Part shown: piece after piece, positions 48,954 to 59,350 of the stretch
Layout of the letters: each line of letters opens with the position of its first letter
How positions within the stretch are numbered: the first letter of the stretch is position 1
NCBI GenBank assembly: GCA_963674735.2
Contig: CAXXQS010000002.1
Coordinates: 480,001 to 544,000, forward strand
DNA from: Myxococcota bacterium
GTDB taxonomy: Bacteria > Myxococcota_A > SURF-8
DNA: 64,000 nt
Direction: 5' to 3'
Notes under the pieces: generated by a model
The model's database searches: none
What the model saw: only the letters and a program-made list of their open reading frames with translations
Told to the model about the DNA's origin: nothing
Made by a program: the position numbers and the translations under genes

Positions 48954-50948
48954 ATGTATGTCGCAAAATTCGTGAACTCGATCACACTCGCTTCACTATT
49001 GCTAATCACGATTCTGATTTTATCGACCTGCGCCGGAGACAGCGAAAAGGAAGAACAGGATACTCCTAATCTCGATGGCGATGCACTCGATTACGGCGAC
49101 GCCGAATGGGATCGCGCCCCCCTGAATGTCCCCGGTGGCGAAGGGGACGCATCCAGTTTCCCCGACTGGGGAGACGAACCGGATGGCGATTCTCCCGACG
49201 GCGACTATTGGACGGATCCCGATGGCGATAATGAGCAGGCGGATGACGATTGCCCGGAAGTCGCAGCCTGCCAAGCGCCAGCTTGGTGCGCAGACGATAG
49301 CACCATCCTGGTCTGCAGCATTCAGTCGGACCCCGATCGGCCCGAGTGTCTCGCACAAACACTCGATCCGGTAACTTGTGAAGACACTACAATCTGTTTG
49401 GAGCCGGATGGTGACGCCGATTTCGAGGTCAACTGCTACTCGCCGGATGGCGATGCGGACCATGCCGAAGACACCGAGGATGCCGAAAACATCGAGAGCG
49501 CCGACGATGAATCGGCCGAAAGAGAGGGCGAGAGTTTGCGCGCACGGCCTCTCGATGCCCAAGCAACGCAATGCCCCGACATCCCGGAACCGGTTATTCT
49601 TTACATGTCCAACGATGATTCGAATTCGATGGCCTCCCCCATTCTGTGTCGAGCCAAAATTCTCGCGGGTCATACAGTCTGGCCGGACGAAGTTCGCATT
49701 CACGAGTTTTTAAACTACTATGATCTGAGCTACGAAAATCCCGAGAACAAACCCGTTTCGGTTGCCATGCAAATGCGGCGCAGCAACGCGGACACCGGCG
49801 AGTTCACCCTTTTGCTCTCGGCCCAGGGTCGCCGAGTCACCCCGTCCGCCCGGCGACCGCTCAACTTGGTTTTCTCGCTGGACATCTCCGGTTCAATGAG
49901 TGGTGAACCCATTCAACGCGTACGCGACATCCTTGCGGCCATCGCTTCCATCCTGGACAAAGGCGACGTTATCTCGGTAGTGAAATGGAGCAACGAACCG
50001 AGCGTACCGCTCGAATCCTACAAGGTTCAGCAAAACAACGATCCGGTATTGCTGGATCTGGCAGCGAGCTTGGAGACAGGCGGCAGCACCGACCTTCATG
50101 GCGGATTGGTGCGAGCATACCAGTTGGCCCAGGACAACTATTCCGCCAACCGCATAAACCGCGTGATCATGATTTCCGACGGCGGAGCCAATGCGGGCGT
50201 CACCGACATCAACATCATTGCCGAAGCGGCCGCCGATGAAAACGGCGAGGGTATCTACATGGTCGGTATCGGCGTCGACGATTCGCCGACCAGCTACAAT
50301 GACTATCTCATGAACGAAGTTACCGACGCGGGAAAAGGCGCTTACGTATACATCGACACCGCCGAAGAGGCCCACCGCATTTTCGGCGACGGCACCCGCT
50401 TCCTGTCGATAGCCGAGGTGATTGCTCGCGATGTGCGAATGGAATTGACAATGCCCTGGTACTTCGGGATGAAAGAATTCCATGGTGAAGAGTACTCGGA
50501 GAATCCCGAGGAAGTCGAACCCCAGCATCTGGCACCCAACGACGCGATGAGCTACCATCAGATCATCAAGGCCTGCGATCCCACATTGATCCATCCCGAC
50601 CATATCATCGAAGCCGAAGTCACCTTTAAAGACCCCATCACACGCACCGAAGTGAGCGAAAAACACCAGATGACCATTGGCGATCTCGTTACCGCGAACG
50701 CCAGCCAACTCTACAAAAGCGATGCAATCGTGAGCTACGCCCAAAGTTTGATCGTCATCGGCTACCTGGTTAGCACCGAAGAGTATATCGGAGCGTATGA
50801 AACCGCGCTCGGCATGAGTGGCTGGCTCGAACAGGCGGCTTCGGAGCTGGAGGACGCGGAGATCGCCGAGATCACCCAATTGATGCAATTTTATACGGAG
50901 ATCCTGGCCGATTATCTACCCGCCGATTCCCAACTGAGCGGGAATTAG
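48954..50948 (+). CDS. von Willebrand factor A domain exported protein (YfbK-like)
   Basis: EFLNYY, LDISGSM MIDAS, GGSTDL and MISDGGANAG; acidic DGD-rich N-terminus. Confidence 0.85.
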   Translation: MYVAKFVNSITLASLLLITILILSTCAGDSEKEEQDTPNLDGDALDYGDAEWDRAPLNVPGGEGDASSFPDWGDEPDGDSPDGDYWTDPDGDNEQADDDCPEVAACQAPAWCADDSTILVCSIQSDPDRPECLAQTLDPVTCEDTTICLEPDGDADFEVNCYSPDGDADHAEDTEDAENIESADDESAEREGESLRARPLDAQATQCPDIPEPVILYMSNDDSNSMASPILCRAKILAGHTVWPDEVRIHEFLNYYDLSYENPENKPVSVAMQMRRSNADTGEFTLLLSAQGRRVTPSARRPLNLVFSLDISGSMSGEPIQRVRDILAAIASILDKGDVISVVKWSNEPSVPLESYKVQQNNDPVLLDLAASLETGGSTDLHGGLVRAYQLAQDNYSANRINRVIMISDGGANAGVTDINIIAEAAADENGEGIYMVGIGVDDSPTSYNDYLMNEVTDAGKGAYVYIDTAEEAHRIFGDGTRFLSIAEVIARDVRMELTMPWYFGMKEFHGEEYSENPEEVEPQHLAPNDAMSYHQIIKACDPTLIHPDHIIEAEVTFKDPITRTEVSEKHQMTIGDLVTANASQLYKSDAIVSYAQSLIVIGYLVSTEEYIGAYETALGMSGWLEQAASELEDAEIAEITQLMQFYTEILADYLPADSQLSGN

Positions 50949-50979
50949 CGCTGTTGCTTGCAGGCTCTCCCACCCACCC

Positions 50980-52275
50980 CTACTCCTCATCCGGGGCCGG
51001 GCCGCGCTCTTCCTGGATATCCACCCAGGCGTCGAGGTCGTTGGCGATCAACGCCGCCAGCCAGCCTGCCATCGTCACCTCGCCGATACGGGTGGTTTCC
51101 AAACCACCCAGCACCACGTTGCTCATCAGATCGGTCAGGGCTCCCTCCGGCAGTTCCACCGCGCCCAGATCCGAGCCGATGATGCCGCTCGGATCGGCCA
51201 GCAGTGACGTGTGCTGTTTGCCGTCCGTGATGAAACGCCGGAAACGGTCGGGATAAGCGGTATGAATGCGGTCGGTCTGGGCCTGCAACGCATCGGCGTA
51301 CTGACTCCCCGGAATTTGCAGGAAGACGCCCGCCAGAACGCCGTCGTACCAGGAGGAATACATCCCGATGCGCAGGTTTGCATCGCGTTCCAGGAACCAC
51401 GCAAACAACCCGGTCAGGTGACCGTTGTCCAGGCAAAGGGGGCAATCCTCGGGAATGAAGCGCTGAACGTTGAACTCATCCAACAAAACCTGCATGTACG
51501 CGTCATCGCCGTCGCGTCCGATGCCGATGCCGGAATCCGCCATCATGATCAGCTCGGTATCCGGGTAGTAATGCCGCAAAAGCGGTCCGGCCAGCAGCAA
51601 TCCGTAAGCCCCCCCGGACGATCCCGCCAGCAGGATGCGTTTGGGCTGCGGGAATTGCTGCGCCACCACCTCGAAAGCGCCGGTCAGATTGGCCAGTCCG
51701 TGGTGGTAACGCGCCCCATTGTCGTAGATATTGTCGTCGTACTCGGCATCGCCCACAAACATGGAGCCATCGCAGTAAGGCAGGTAGACCATATCCCAGT
51801 CGGCCACCGGATTTCCCTCGAACTCCGGATTCATGATCTCAACGTCCGGGATGCCCTCGAACGCCCCCGTCACCGCCAGACAAAACTCGGACCAGCACGC
51901 GCCGCCGCCCTGCAGGAAAATAAGCAGGTTGTCCGAGTCGCTATCGCGCACGCTCGTCGTGTAGTCGGCGCCGCGCATGCACAGGGGCCCCTGATCCGGG
52001 TCGAAGGTGTAGGTGGTGACGCCCCCCTTTCGGCTGTACTCGATGGGGTCGATTTGTCCGACGTACTGGGTCAAGCCCAGCGTCTCTGCCAACGACGGCT
52101 CGCCCTGTTCCGCATCGCCGTCTTCGCTGTCCCCGTCGGAGGTGTCTCCGTCTCCAAGCTGGTCGGCGTCGCCGTCCGTTTCGTTATCATCCGTCCCACT
52201 GTCCAAGCAGCCCGACGAAAGACAGACAAGCCCCGCTACCAAAGCCAAAGTCAACCAAAGGGGGTGACGCGTCAT
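50980..52275 (-). CDS. Pectinacetylesterase/Notum-like hydrolase lipoprotein
   Basis: FLQGGGACW, YLPYCDG and LAGSSGG motifs; lipobox SSGC; GGAGGA RBS. Confidence 0.85.
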   Translation of the reverse strand: MTRHPLWLTLALVAGLVCLSSGCLDSGTDDNETDGDADQLGDGDTSDGDSEDGDAEQGEPSLAETLGLTQYVGQIDPIEYSRKGGVTTYTFDPDQGPLCMRGADYTTSVRDSDSDNLLIFLQGGGACWSEFCLAVTGAFEGIPDVEIMNPEFEGNPVADWDMVYLPYCDGSMFVGDAEYDDNIYDNGARYHHGLANLTGAFEVVAQQFPQPKRILLAGSSGGAYGLLLAGPLLRHYYPDTELIMMADSGIGIGRDGDDAYMQVLLDEFNVQRFIPEDCPLCLDNGHLTGLFAWFLERDANLRIGMYSSWYDGVLAGVFLQIPGSQYADALQAQTDRIHTAYPDRFRRFITDGKQHTSLLADPSGIIGSDLGAVELPEGALTDLMSNVVLGGLETTRIGEVTMAGWLAALIANDLDAWVDIQEERGPAPDEE

Positions 52276-52440
52276 GGCACATTCCTCCAAGATGGGTGCA
52301 AAACAATTCGGGTCGTGAAGTCGATGTCGTAAGCATAGCCCAAGTCGGAAACAATGAAAAGAATATTTACGCGCTGTCTTATTCGCTTGCCGACCGGGCA
52401 TATGTGCGGTGATCGTCCCCCGGCTTTTCGTTTCGTCGCA

Positions 52441-52623
52441 TCCGGCATTTCAATTCTGATTGAGTCTCGAATAATCTTCGATTGATGTTGGGTGGCACGG
52501 GCTAAACCGTCAGGTTTGCCCGTGAAAACAGCATGGGCAAGCCAAAGGCTTGGCCCATGGCACCCCGTAAGCCGAATTATAGTGGGTGGAAAACGATGAA
52601 AAGCTTAGAATTGAATCGCCCTA
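52441..52623. mobile_element. MITE-like element, copy 2 (left tip degenerate)
   Basis: About 94% identical to 28077-28252, same orientation; right end AGAATTGAATCGCCCTA. Confidence 0.75.
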
Positions 52624-52725
52624 TTCGTCGCATCCGCCACTGGCCCGTTTTCATCGTGTGTGGTACACTTCGCTCCAGCGGCGGCATGACGCCGCCTCAT
52701 CACCCAAGTGGCAGGAGATGAACGC

Positions 52726-53295
52726 ATGAAGCTGTGGCTGGAAGAAACTCCGCTGCGCGACTGCTTTTTGGTGAAACAGGAACGGTTTCACGACGAGCGC
52801 GGCTTTTTTATGGAAGTCTATCGCGAGGATCTATACCGCGAAGCGGGGCTACCTGCACGCTTCGTGCAGATGAACCACTCCAAGTCGGCGCGCGGCGTCG
52901 TGCGCGGGTTGCATTTTCAGTATGAGCCGCCCATGGCCAAGCTAATGCGCGTGATTCAAGGCACGGCCTATCTGGTGGCGGTGGACATCCGTCCGGGCTC
53001 CCCAACCTTGGGTCAACACGTGGGCTTTACGTTGAGCGCCGACGACGCCGCTCAGTTGTACGCCCCGCCGGGATTTGCACGCGGCTTCGCCGTGTTGTCC
53101 GAAACGGCCGAGATTCAGTATTTCTGCACCGGCATTTACAATCCAGCGGGAGAATCGGGTATTCTGTGGAACGATTCCGACATCGCCATCGACTGGCCCG
53201 TCGATGAGCCGCTCCTATCGGACAAGGACGCGCAGGCGCAGACCCTGTCCCAGTGGCTGGCGCGCCCGGAGGCGGAACGGTTCCGCTACGAATAA
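52726..53295 (+). CDS. rfbC: dTDP-4-dehydrorhamnose 3,5-epimerase
   Basis: DERGFFME, QMNHSKS, RGLHFQ, VDIRPGSPT and LSDKD motifs. Confidence 0.93.
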   Translation: MKLWLEETPLRDCFLVKQERFHDERGFFMEVYREDLYREAGLPARFVQMNHSKSARGVVRGLHFQYEPPMAKLMRVIQGTAYLVAVDIRPGSPTLGQHVGFTLSADDAAQLYAPPGFARGFAVLSETAEIQYFCTGIYNPAGESGILWNDSDIAIDWPVDEPLLSDKDAQAQTLSQWLARPEAERFRYE

Positions 53296-53306
53296 GGAGA
53301 GACGTC

Positions 53307-54251
53307 ATGGCCCTGCCCTACGCTCAAACCGCGGTCATCATCCGCACGGTCGACCGGCCGCTGTTTCTCAAACGGGCGCTGGAAAGTCTTGCGGCCCAGC
53401 GGCACCGCGACTGGCTGGCGGTGGTGGTGAACGACGGCGGCGAGCCGGAAGCGGTGGAACGCACCGTCACCGAGGCGGGCGAGGCGCTGTCCGGGCACGT
53501 GCACCTGCTGCATATCGAAACCTCGAAGGGACGCAAGCATGCCGCCAACCGGGGTGTCGCCGCCTGCGACAGCCGTTTCGTCACCCTGCTGGACGACGAT
53601 GACAGCTGGGATCCGGCTTTTCTCGAACGCTGCGTAGGCTACCTCACGCGCTACGACGACGCACGCCTGGGCGGCGTCGCCACCCAGTCCATGCGCCTGC
53701 GCGAACGGCTGGAGGACGGCGTCCCGTTGATCGAAGCGCGCGAACCGGCCAACCCGGATCTGACGTCGCTGACCCTCGACCGTTTCTTCGACGAGAATCC
53801 CATCCAGGTCAACAGCTTCGTTTACAAGCGCAGCGCCTACGACGCCATCGGGCGTTACGATGAAACCATTCCGCTTTGCGGCGACTGGGATTTCAACCTG
53901 CGCTTCATCGCGCGTTTCGATATCCACGTCATTCCCGAACCCCTGGCCAATTACCATTTCCGCGTGGGGGCGAGCGGCGCGGCGGCCAACTCGGTGAGCG
54001 GGGACGGGCGCGCGTATTTCCTCAACATGCGCGCCGCCATCAAAAACAAATATATCCGCGCCCACCTGGAAAACGGCGGGCACTCCCTGGCCGACTACGT
54101 GGCCGCACACTTGCTGGTTCAAGGTGCCGTGAACGACAGCCCGGTGCTGCGCGATTTCGAAGACCGCGTGGTGTATCGGCTGCTGCTGTCCCTCAAAAAA
54201 CTGCCCGGCATGCAGTGGGCGCTCAAGGCTCGCCGGGCCTGGCGGAAATAA
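53307..54251 (+). CDS. GT2 family glycosyltransferase
   Basis: LKRALESL, VVVNDG, LLDDDD and GDWDF motifs. Confidence 0.9.
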   Translation: MALPYAQTAVIIRTVDRPLFLKRALESLAAQRHRDWLAVVVNDGGEPEAVERTVTEAGEALSGHVHLLHIETSKGRKHAANRGVAACDSRFVTLLDDDDSWDPAFLERCVGYLTRYDDARLGGVATQSMRLRERLEDGVPLIEAREPANPDLTSLTLDRFFDENPIQVNSFVYKRSAYDAIGRYDETIPLCGDWDFNLRFIARFDIHVIPEPLANYHFRVGASGAAANSVSGDGRAYFLNMRAAIKNKYIRAHLENGGHSLADYVAAHLLVQGAVNDSPVLRDFEDRVVYRLLLSLKKLPGMQWALKARRAWRK

Positions 54252-54255
54252 ACCC

Positions 54256-55485
54256 GTGTCTCGTTCGCCATCTCCATCTTCGACCCGCCCCTTTCGCCTG
54301 CTGCAACTGCTGGGCTCGACCGGCATCGGCGGCATGGAGGAACATGCGCTGTCCGTGGCACGCGGCGCGCTTGAACGCGGTTGGTCGGTCGATGTCGCGT
54401 TTCCGGAACGCGACGCTACGGCCGAGTTGCGGGCCGCCTACCGCGCAGCCGGAACAACGGCGCATGCCTGCGAGCTGGCCGACCGCCCCGCGGCGGGACG
54501 TCCGGTCAAACTGCTGCGCTGGGGCGCTCAGGCGCGGGACATCCGGGGACTGCTCAAGCGTCTCAAGCCCGACGCGGTGCAACTCAACCTGCCATCGCCG
54601 ACACGTCTACCGGGAGTGCTGCTGGCCCTGGCCGCCTCAGGTCTGCCGACGGAAGTCGTTTTTCATCTCGTGACGCCCTTCATCACGCATCCCGCCTGGC
54701 GGCCGCTGTACCATTTGGCTTGTTCGCGTAAGCAACGCTGGGTGGCCGTCTCCGCCCACAACCGCCGCCTGCTGGCCGACGGCTTCGATGTCGATGTTCA
54801 TGATATTACCGTGATTCTGAACTCGGCGGCGGTCCCCGACGACGCGGTTTTGGAAGCGGCGCGGGAAACGCGCTCTGCCCTGTTGCACGCCTACAAACTC
54901 GATCCCGCGCGTCCGTTATGGCTGACGGCCGGGCGGCTGCATCCGCAGAAGGGTTACGATCTGCTGCTCGACGTGCTGCCGGAACTGGTGGCGACACAGC
55001 CGGCGCTGCAATGCCTGTGGCTGGGAGAAGGCCCCGAACGGGCGGCGCTGGTGGCGGGTCTGGCGGAACGCGAACTGACACAGACGGTGACCCTCCTCGA
55101 CCGGGTGCCGCACGCGGATCTTTTGGGATTGCTGCGCGCGGCGGATCTATTCGTGTTGCCGAGTCGCTACGAAGGCTCCCCGCTGGTGGTGGCCGAGGCG
55201 CTGGCCAACGGCGTGGCGGTCGTCGCAACCCGCGCCAGCGGTATTCCCGAACAGATCGAGCATGGCCGCGAAGGGTTGTTGTCAGAGGTGGACGACCGCG
55301 AAGGGTTGTTGGAAAACCTGCGGTTCACCCTCGCAGAACCCGAGGCCCTACAGAGCATGGGCCGGGCCGGACGCGCACGCATGCAAGCGTATCGTCTGGA
55401 GGATATGGTCACGCGACATCTGGATCTGCTGGCGGATGTGAAGGATATAGGGAGTGTTGCGGCCACAAAAAAACCCGCCGGTTAA
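54256..55485 (+). CDS. GT4 family glycosyltransferase
   Basis: GGMEEH, GRLHPQKG and FVLPSRYEGSPLVVAEA motifs. Confidence 0.9.
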   Translation: MSRSPSPSSTRPFRLLQLLGSTGIGGMEEHALSVARGALERGWSVDVAFPERDATAELRAAYRAAGTTAHACELADRPAAGRPVKLLRWGAQARDIRGLLKRLKPDAVQLNLPSPTRLPGVLLALAASGLPTEVVFHLVTPFITHPAWRPLYHLACSRKQRWVAVSAHNRRLLADGFDVDVHDITVILNSAAVPDDAVLEAARETRSALLHAYKLDPARPLWLTAGRLHPQKGYDLLLDVLPELVATQPALQCLWLGEGPERAALVAGLAERELTQTVTLLDRVPHADLLGLLRAADLFVLPSRYEGSPLVVAEALANGVAVVATRASGIPEQIEHGREGLLSEVDDREGLLENLRFTLAEPEALQSMGRAGRARMQAYRLEDMVTRHLDLLADVKDIGSVAATKKPAG

Positions 55486-55493
55486 GGCGGGTT
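55467..55493 (-). terminator. Rho-independent terminator of the tRNA gene
   Basis: Minus strand AACCCGCC-TTAACC-GGCGGGTT then a T-run, immediately 3' of the tRNA. Confidence 0.8.
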
Positions 55494-55501
55494 GGATCGG
55501 C

Positions 55502-55577
<76 letters not shown>

Positions 55578-55783
55578 GTCAGGGCCAGTCAAGCCGAGAT
55601 CACTGATTACGCCACCCGACCCCGATTGTCAAGAATTTTTCGGAAATTTCAATCCGATAGGCCGAAAATACGGCCTTTTTCCTCCCCGCGATTCGGGGTT
55701 TGCCCAGCAACGAAATTTGGGGTAGCATGAAAACCGACCATCTATATGGTCCAGTCAACCCATTTCGAAACGGAGCAGCGGCG

Positions 55784-56653
55784 ATGACGCAACCGGAACG
55801 GCAAACGAATCGACATGCTTTCAAAGCATCTTCACCAGCTTCCCGTTCCAAAGCCTGGCAACGCGTCTGTCGCGTTTGGGTCGCTTTGCTTTTATTGTTC
55901 GTGTTTACAGCCGGTTGCGAGCGTTGCCAGTCGTCGCCGGTTGTGTCGCCAACCGGCCAACTGGTGGTGGTAACGGACGAATCCCTGGCGCCGTCCTTGC
56001 GGGTTTTCAGCGATACCTTCAACCGGGTGGCGCTTGATCAAACCGTGACGGTCGTGGAAGCCGATCCGGCTAAACTGGCGGAAATCGAGGCCACACCCGG
56101 CGCGGCCGATATGCTGATTGTGGCCGGAGCGCGGCATGTCGGACGTTTGCTGAATGCCAAAAAGCTCAGCGGGACGGCCAACCCCTGGATCGCCACCCCG
56201 GTCGAACTGGTGGCGCGCGCCGATCAACCGCACCGGCTGCGGGTCCCCGCACATCTTCTGCAGCCGGTTTTCAAAGGACTGGGTCTGCCGGTCGAAAGCG
56301 ATCCGGTGGGGCGCAGCGCCCGAGCCGTTTTGCGTCAGTGGAATCTCGAAACGCGTCTGGCGGGCAAACTCGTCGATCGACCATCCGCCCGAGCGGCACG
56401 GGAATCCCTGGTGGCGGGCGAGGTGGATCTGGCCTTCATGACGCGACTCGAACGGTTGCAGGCACGCGGTTTGGAACCGCAGCTGGCCGATTCCCGGCGT
56501 CCCGAAACGCGCATCGTCTACTATCTGGTGATCCCGGCCGACGCGAAGAACCCGGCTGTGGCCCAGAGCTTTCGCCGCTACCTGGCGGGTTCCGATGTGG
56601 TGAGCATGGCCCTGAGCATGGGTTTCGAAAAGCCCCCGGCCCCATCGAATTAG
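55784..56653 (+). CDS. ModA-like (class 2) substrate-binding protein, divergent
   Basis: Lipobox-like TAGC; DPVGRSARAVL, GEVDLAF and AQSFRRYL resemble ModA. Start uncertain. Confidence 0.6.
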   Translation: MTQPERQTNRHAFKASSPASRSKAWQRVCRVWVALLLLFVFTAGCERCQSSPVVSPTGQLVVVTDESLAPSLRVFSDTFNRVALDQTVTVVEADPAKLAEIEATPGAADMLIVAGARHVGRLLNAKKLSGTANPWIATPVELVARADQPHRLRVPAHLLQPVFKGLGLPVESDPVGRSARAVLRQWNLETRLAGKLVDRPSARAARESLVAGEVDLAFMTRLERLQARGLEPQLADSRRPETRIVYYLVIPADAKNPAVAQSFRRYLAGSDVVSMALSMGFEKPPAPSN

Positions 56654-56753
56654 GGACAAGAAAACGGAACCGGGCGCCGTTCGTTTCCCGCTGAAAACGA
56701 CAACCAGCGCCCAGCGTCCCTCGAAAAGCGCCGATCAACAAATTCCGACTCAG

Positions 56754-56773
56754 GAGCCCGCCACGGGCTTTTT
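56754..56773 (+). terminator. Rho-independent terminator
   Basis: AGCCCG-CCA-CGGGCT followed by TTTT. Confidence 0.6.
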
Positions 56774-56848
56774 CCTTGTCTGTTTCCGGGCTAGTCCGTT
56801 ATACTCGGCAAGTTTGATCTCGCTGCACGCTAAGGAGAAACAGGTCTC

Positions 56849-59338
56849 GTGTCCACTAAGCATGTTGTTGTCGATAACCCCGGATCGTCCGGTTTTTTTC
56901 GTTTTCTAAAGCTGGCGCTGCTCGTCTTCGTCGTCTTGGCCCTCGTTTGCGGCCTGGCACTCGGAGTGTGGCTGCATTCGCTGGCCAAGGATCTGCCGCA
57001 TTTCGCCTCGGTGGAGGAGTATCACCCGGTTTTGGGATCGACGCTTTACGCCGATACCGGCGCACCGATTGCGGATTTCTCCATCGAAAAACGTCAGATC
57101 GTCCCCTTTGAGCGGATTCCACGCCTGCTGATTCTGGCTTTCGTGGCGGCGGAGGACGAAAATTTCTTCCAGCATTTCGGGGTCGATCCGCTGCACGTGT
57201 TACGCGCCGCCTGGAAAAACCTCAAGGCCGGTCACTTCAAGGAAGGGGCCTCCACCATTACCATGCAGCTAGCCCGCACCTTCTTCCTCTCCCGAGAGAA
57301 GAAGCTCACGCGCAAGCTGCGGGAAGTGATCCTGGCCATCACGGAACTGGAACGGAACCTGACCAAAGACGAGATTCTCTGGCTGTACCTCAACCAGATC
57401 TACCTCGGCCACGGCGCTTACGGCGTGCAGCAGGCCTCGAAAATCTACTACGGCAAAAATGTCTGGGATATCACGCTGCCCGAAATGGCGGTTCTGGCCG
57501 GACTGCCCAAGGCCCCCGGACGCGACTCGCCTTATGTCAATCCCGAAAAGGCCCGCGGACGCAAAGCCTACGTGCTGCGCCGTCTTTTCGAAGAGAAATA
57601 CATCAGCGCCGCCGAGCGGGACGCGGCCCTGGCCGAACCCATCGTGCTGCATCAGCCGCCCGATCTTTTTCTGGAAAGCGCGCCGCATTTTTCCGAACAC
57701 GTGCGCAAATACATTTACGACACCTACGGCGAGGACATGCTGTACAAGGGCGGCCTGCACGTAACCACCACCATGAACTTCACCTCCCAGGTGCTGGCTC
57801 AAGAGGCCGTAGCCTACGGGCTGCGACGTCTGACCAAGCGTCAGGGCTGGTTCGGTCCGGTGGCGCGGCTGCCGCGCGAGCAACGGGCGGAATTTCTGGC
57901 CAACACCGAAGCCCGCTACACCGACGCGCTGCCGCGTCGCAACCGGGTGTATTACGGCCTGGTCACCCGTGTGGACGATGCCAAGAAAATCACCCGTGTG
58001 CGGGTAGCGAATTGGGAAGCCGACATCCGGCTGGCGTCGATGAGCTGGGCGCGCAAGCCCAATATCGATGTCTTCTGGGAGTGGGTCAAGCTGAACCGTC
58101 CCTCCCAGGCGCTCAAGGTGGGCGATGTGGTGATGGTACGCCCCAGCGACCCCAAAAACGTGGAAGATGCCAAGGATTTTCGCAGCGATGCCCCCATCGA
58201 TCCCGAAAAGATGGTGTGGGAGCTGGAGCAGGAACCGCGCGCCCAGGCGGCCTTGATCGCCAAGGAACCCGACACCGGCTATACCGTGGCCATGGTGGGC
58301 GGCTACAACTTCGAACGCTCCGAGTTCAATCGCGCCATCCAGGCCTGCCGTCAACCCGGTTCCGCCTTCAAGCCGGTCGTGTACACCGCCGCCATCGACA
58401 AAGGGTGGACGGTCTCCTCACCGATCATCGATTCTCCCATCGTCGACGGCGAATGGAAGTGGAAGTGGAAACCGGAAAACTACGGCGAGGATTTCAAGGG
58501 CGAAGTGTCGCTGCGTTACGCTTTGCAGCATTCGCTCAACATCCCGGCCATCAAAACCATCGATCACTTCGGCGTCTCGACCATCATCGATTACGCGCGG
58601 CGCATGGGTGTCAAAAGCGCAATCGCAGAAGACCGCTCCATCTCGCTGGGCTCCGCCTGCATGACGCCCGAAGACCTGGTGGATGTGTATGCGCATTTCC
58701 CGCTGTTCGGCAAAAAGCCCAAGCGCGTATACGTGAAAACGATCATGACTTCCGAGGGCGAGCTGCTCGAAGACAACCGTGCCTATTTCGATCCCAGCCT
58801 GGATACGGCCGAGACGCTCTCGCGCCTGGAAGCCGCCGTGTTGGAAGACGAGCCGCAGATCATCCCGGCCACCACCGCGTTTATCCTCACCTGGCTGCTT
58901 GAACAGGTGGTGCAGGGCGGGACGGGTTCGGGCGCGCGCGCGCTGGGACGATCCTGCGCAGGCAAGACCGGCACCACCAACGATGCCTACGACGCCTGGT
59001 TTGCGGGCTACGTGCCGCAACTGGCCACGGTGGTGTGGATCGGTCACGACGACAATTCGCGGCCCTTGGGCCGTCTGGAAACCGGTGGCCGCGCGGCGCT
59101 ACCGATCTGGCTTGACTTCATGAAGCGGGCATTGGAAGATGTACCGGTTATGGAGTTCGAAGCGCCGGAAGGCATTCACTGGGTCCGCGTGGAAGAGAAG
59201 GACGGGCGGCGCGTCCCCTCCAGTGCGACCGGCGGTGTAAAGGCTCCGTTCAAAACCGGAACCAATCCGCCTGAATCGGCGGGTGGCGAAAGTGGCGTCA
59301 ATCCCGACGAATTTTTGAAAATGAGCGAGATTTACTGA
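56849..59338 (+). CDS. mrcA: Penicillin-binding protein 1A (class A, with OB insertion)
   Basis: AAEDENFFQH, GASTITMQL and YLNQIYLG glycosyltransferase motifs; SAFK, SLN and KTG transpeptidase motifs. Confidence 0.95.
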   Translation: MSTKHVVVDNPGSSGFFRFLKLALLVFVVLALVCGLALGVWLHSLAKDLPHFASVEEYHPVLGSTLYADTGAPIADFSIEKRQIVPFERIPRLLILAFVAAEDENFFQHFGVDPLHVLRAAWKNLKAGHFKEGASTITMQLARTFFLSREKKLTRKLREVILAITELERNLTKDEILWLYLNQIYLGHGAYGVQQASKIYYGKNVWDITLPEMAVLAGLPKAPGRDSPYVNPEKARGRKAYVLRRLFEEKYISAAERDAALAEPIVLHQPPDLFLESAPHFSEHVRKYIYDTYGEDMLYKGGLHVTTTMNFTSQVLAQEAVAYGLRRLTKRQGWFGPVARLPREQRAEFLANTEARYTDALPRRNRVYYGLVTRVDDAKKITRVRVANWEADIRLASMSWARKPNIDVFWEWVKLNRPSQALKVGDVVMVRPSDPKNVEDAKDFRSDAPIDPEKMVWELEQEPRAQAALIAKEPDTGYTVAMVGGYNFERSEFNRAIQACRQPGSAFKPVVYTAAIDKGWTVSSPIIDSPIVDGEWKWKWKPENYGEDFKGEVSLRYALQHSLNIPAIKTIDHFGVSTIIDYARRMGVKSAIAEDRSISLGSACMTPEDLVDVYAHFPLFGKKPKRVYVKTIMTSEGELLEDNRAYFDPSLDTAETLSRLEAAVLEDEPQIIPATTAFILTWLLEQVVQGGTGSGARALGRSCAGKTGTTNDAYDAWFAGYVPQLATVVWIGHDDNSRPLGRLETGGRAALPIWLDFMKRALEDVPVMEFEAPEGIHWVRVEEKDGRRVPSSATGGVKAPFKTGTNPPESAGGESGVNPDEFLKMSEIY

Positions 59339-59350
59339 AAAGGCGACGGC

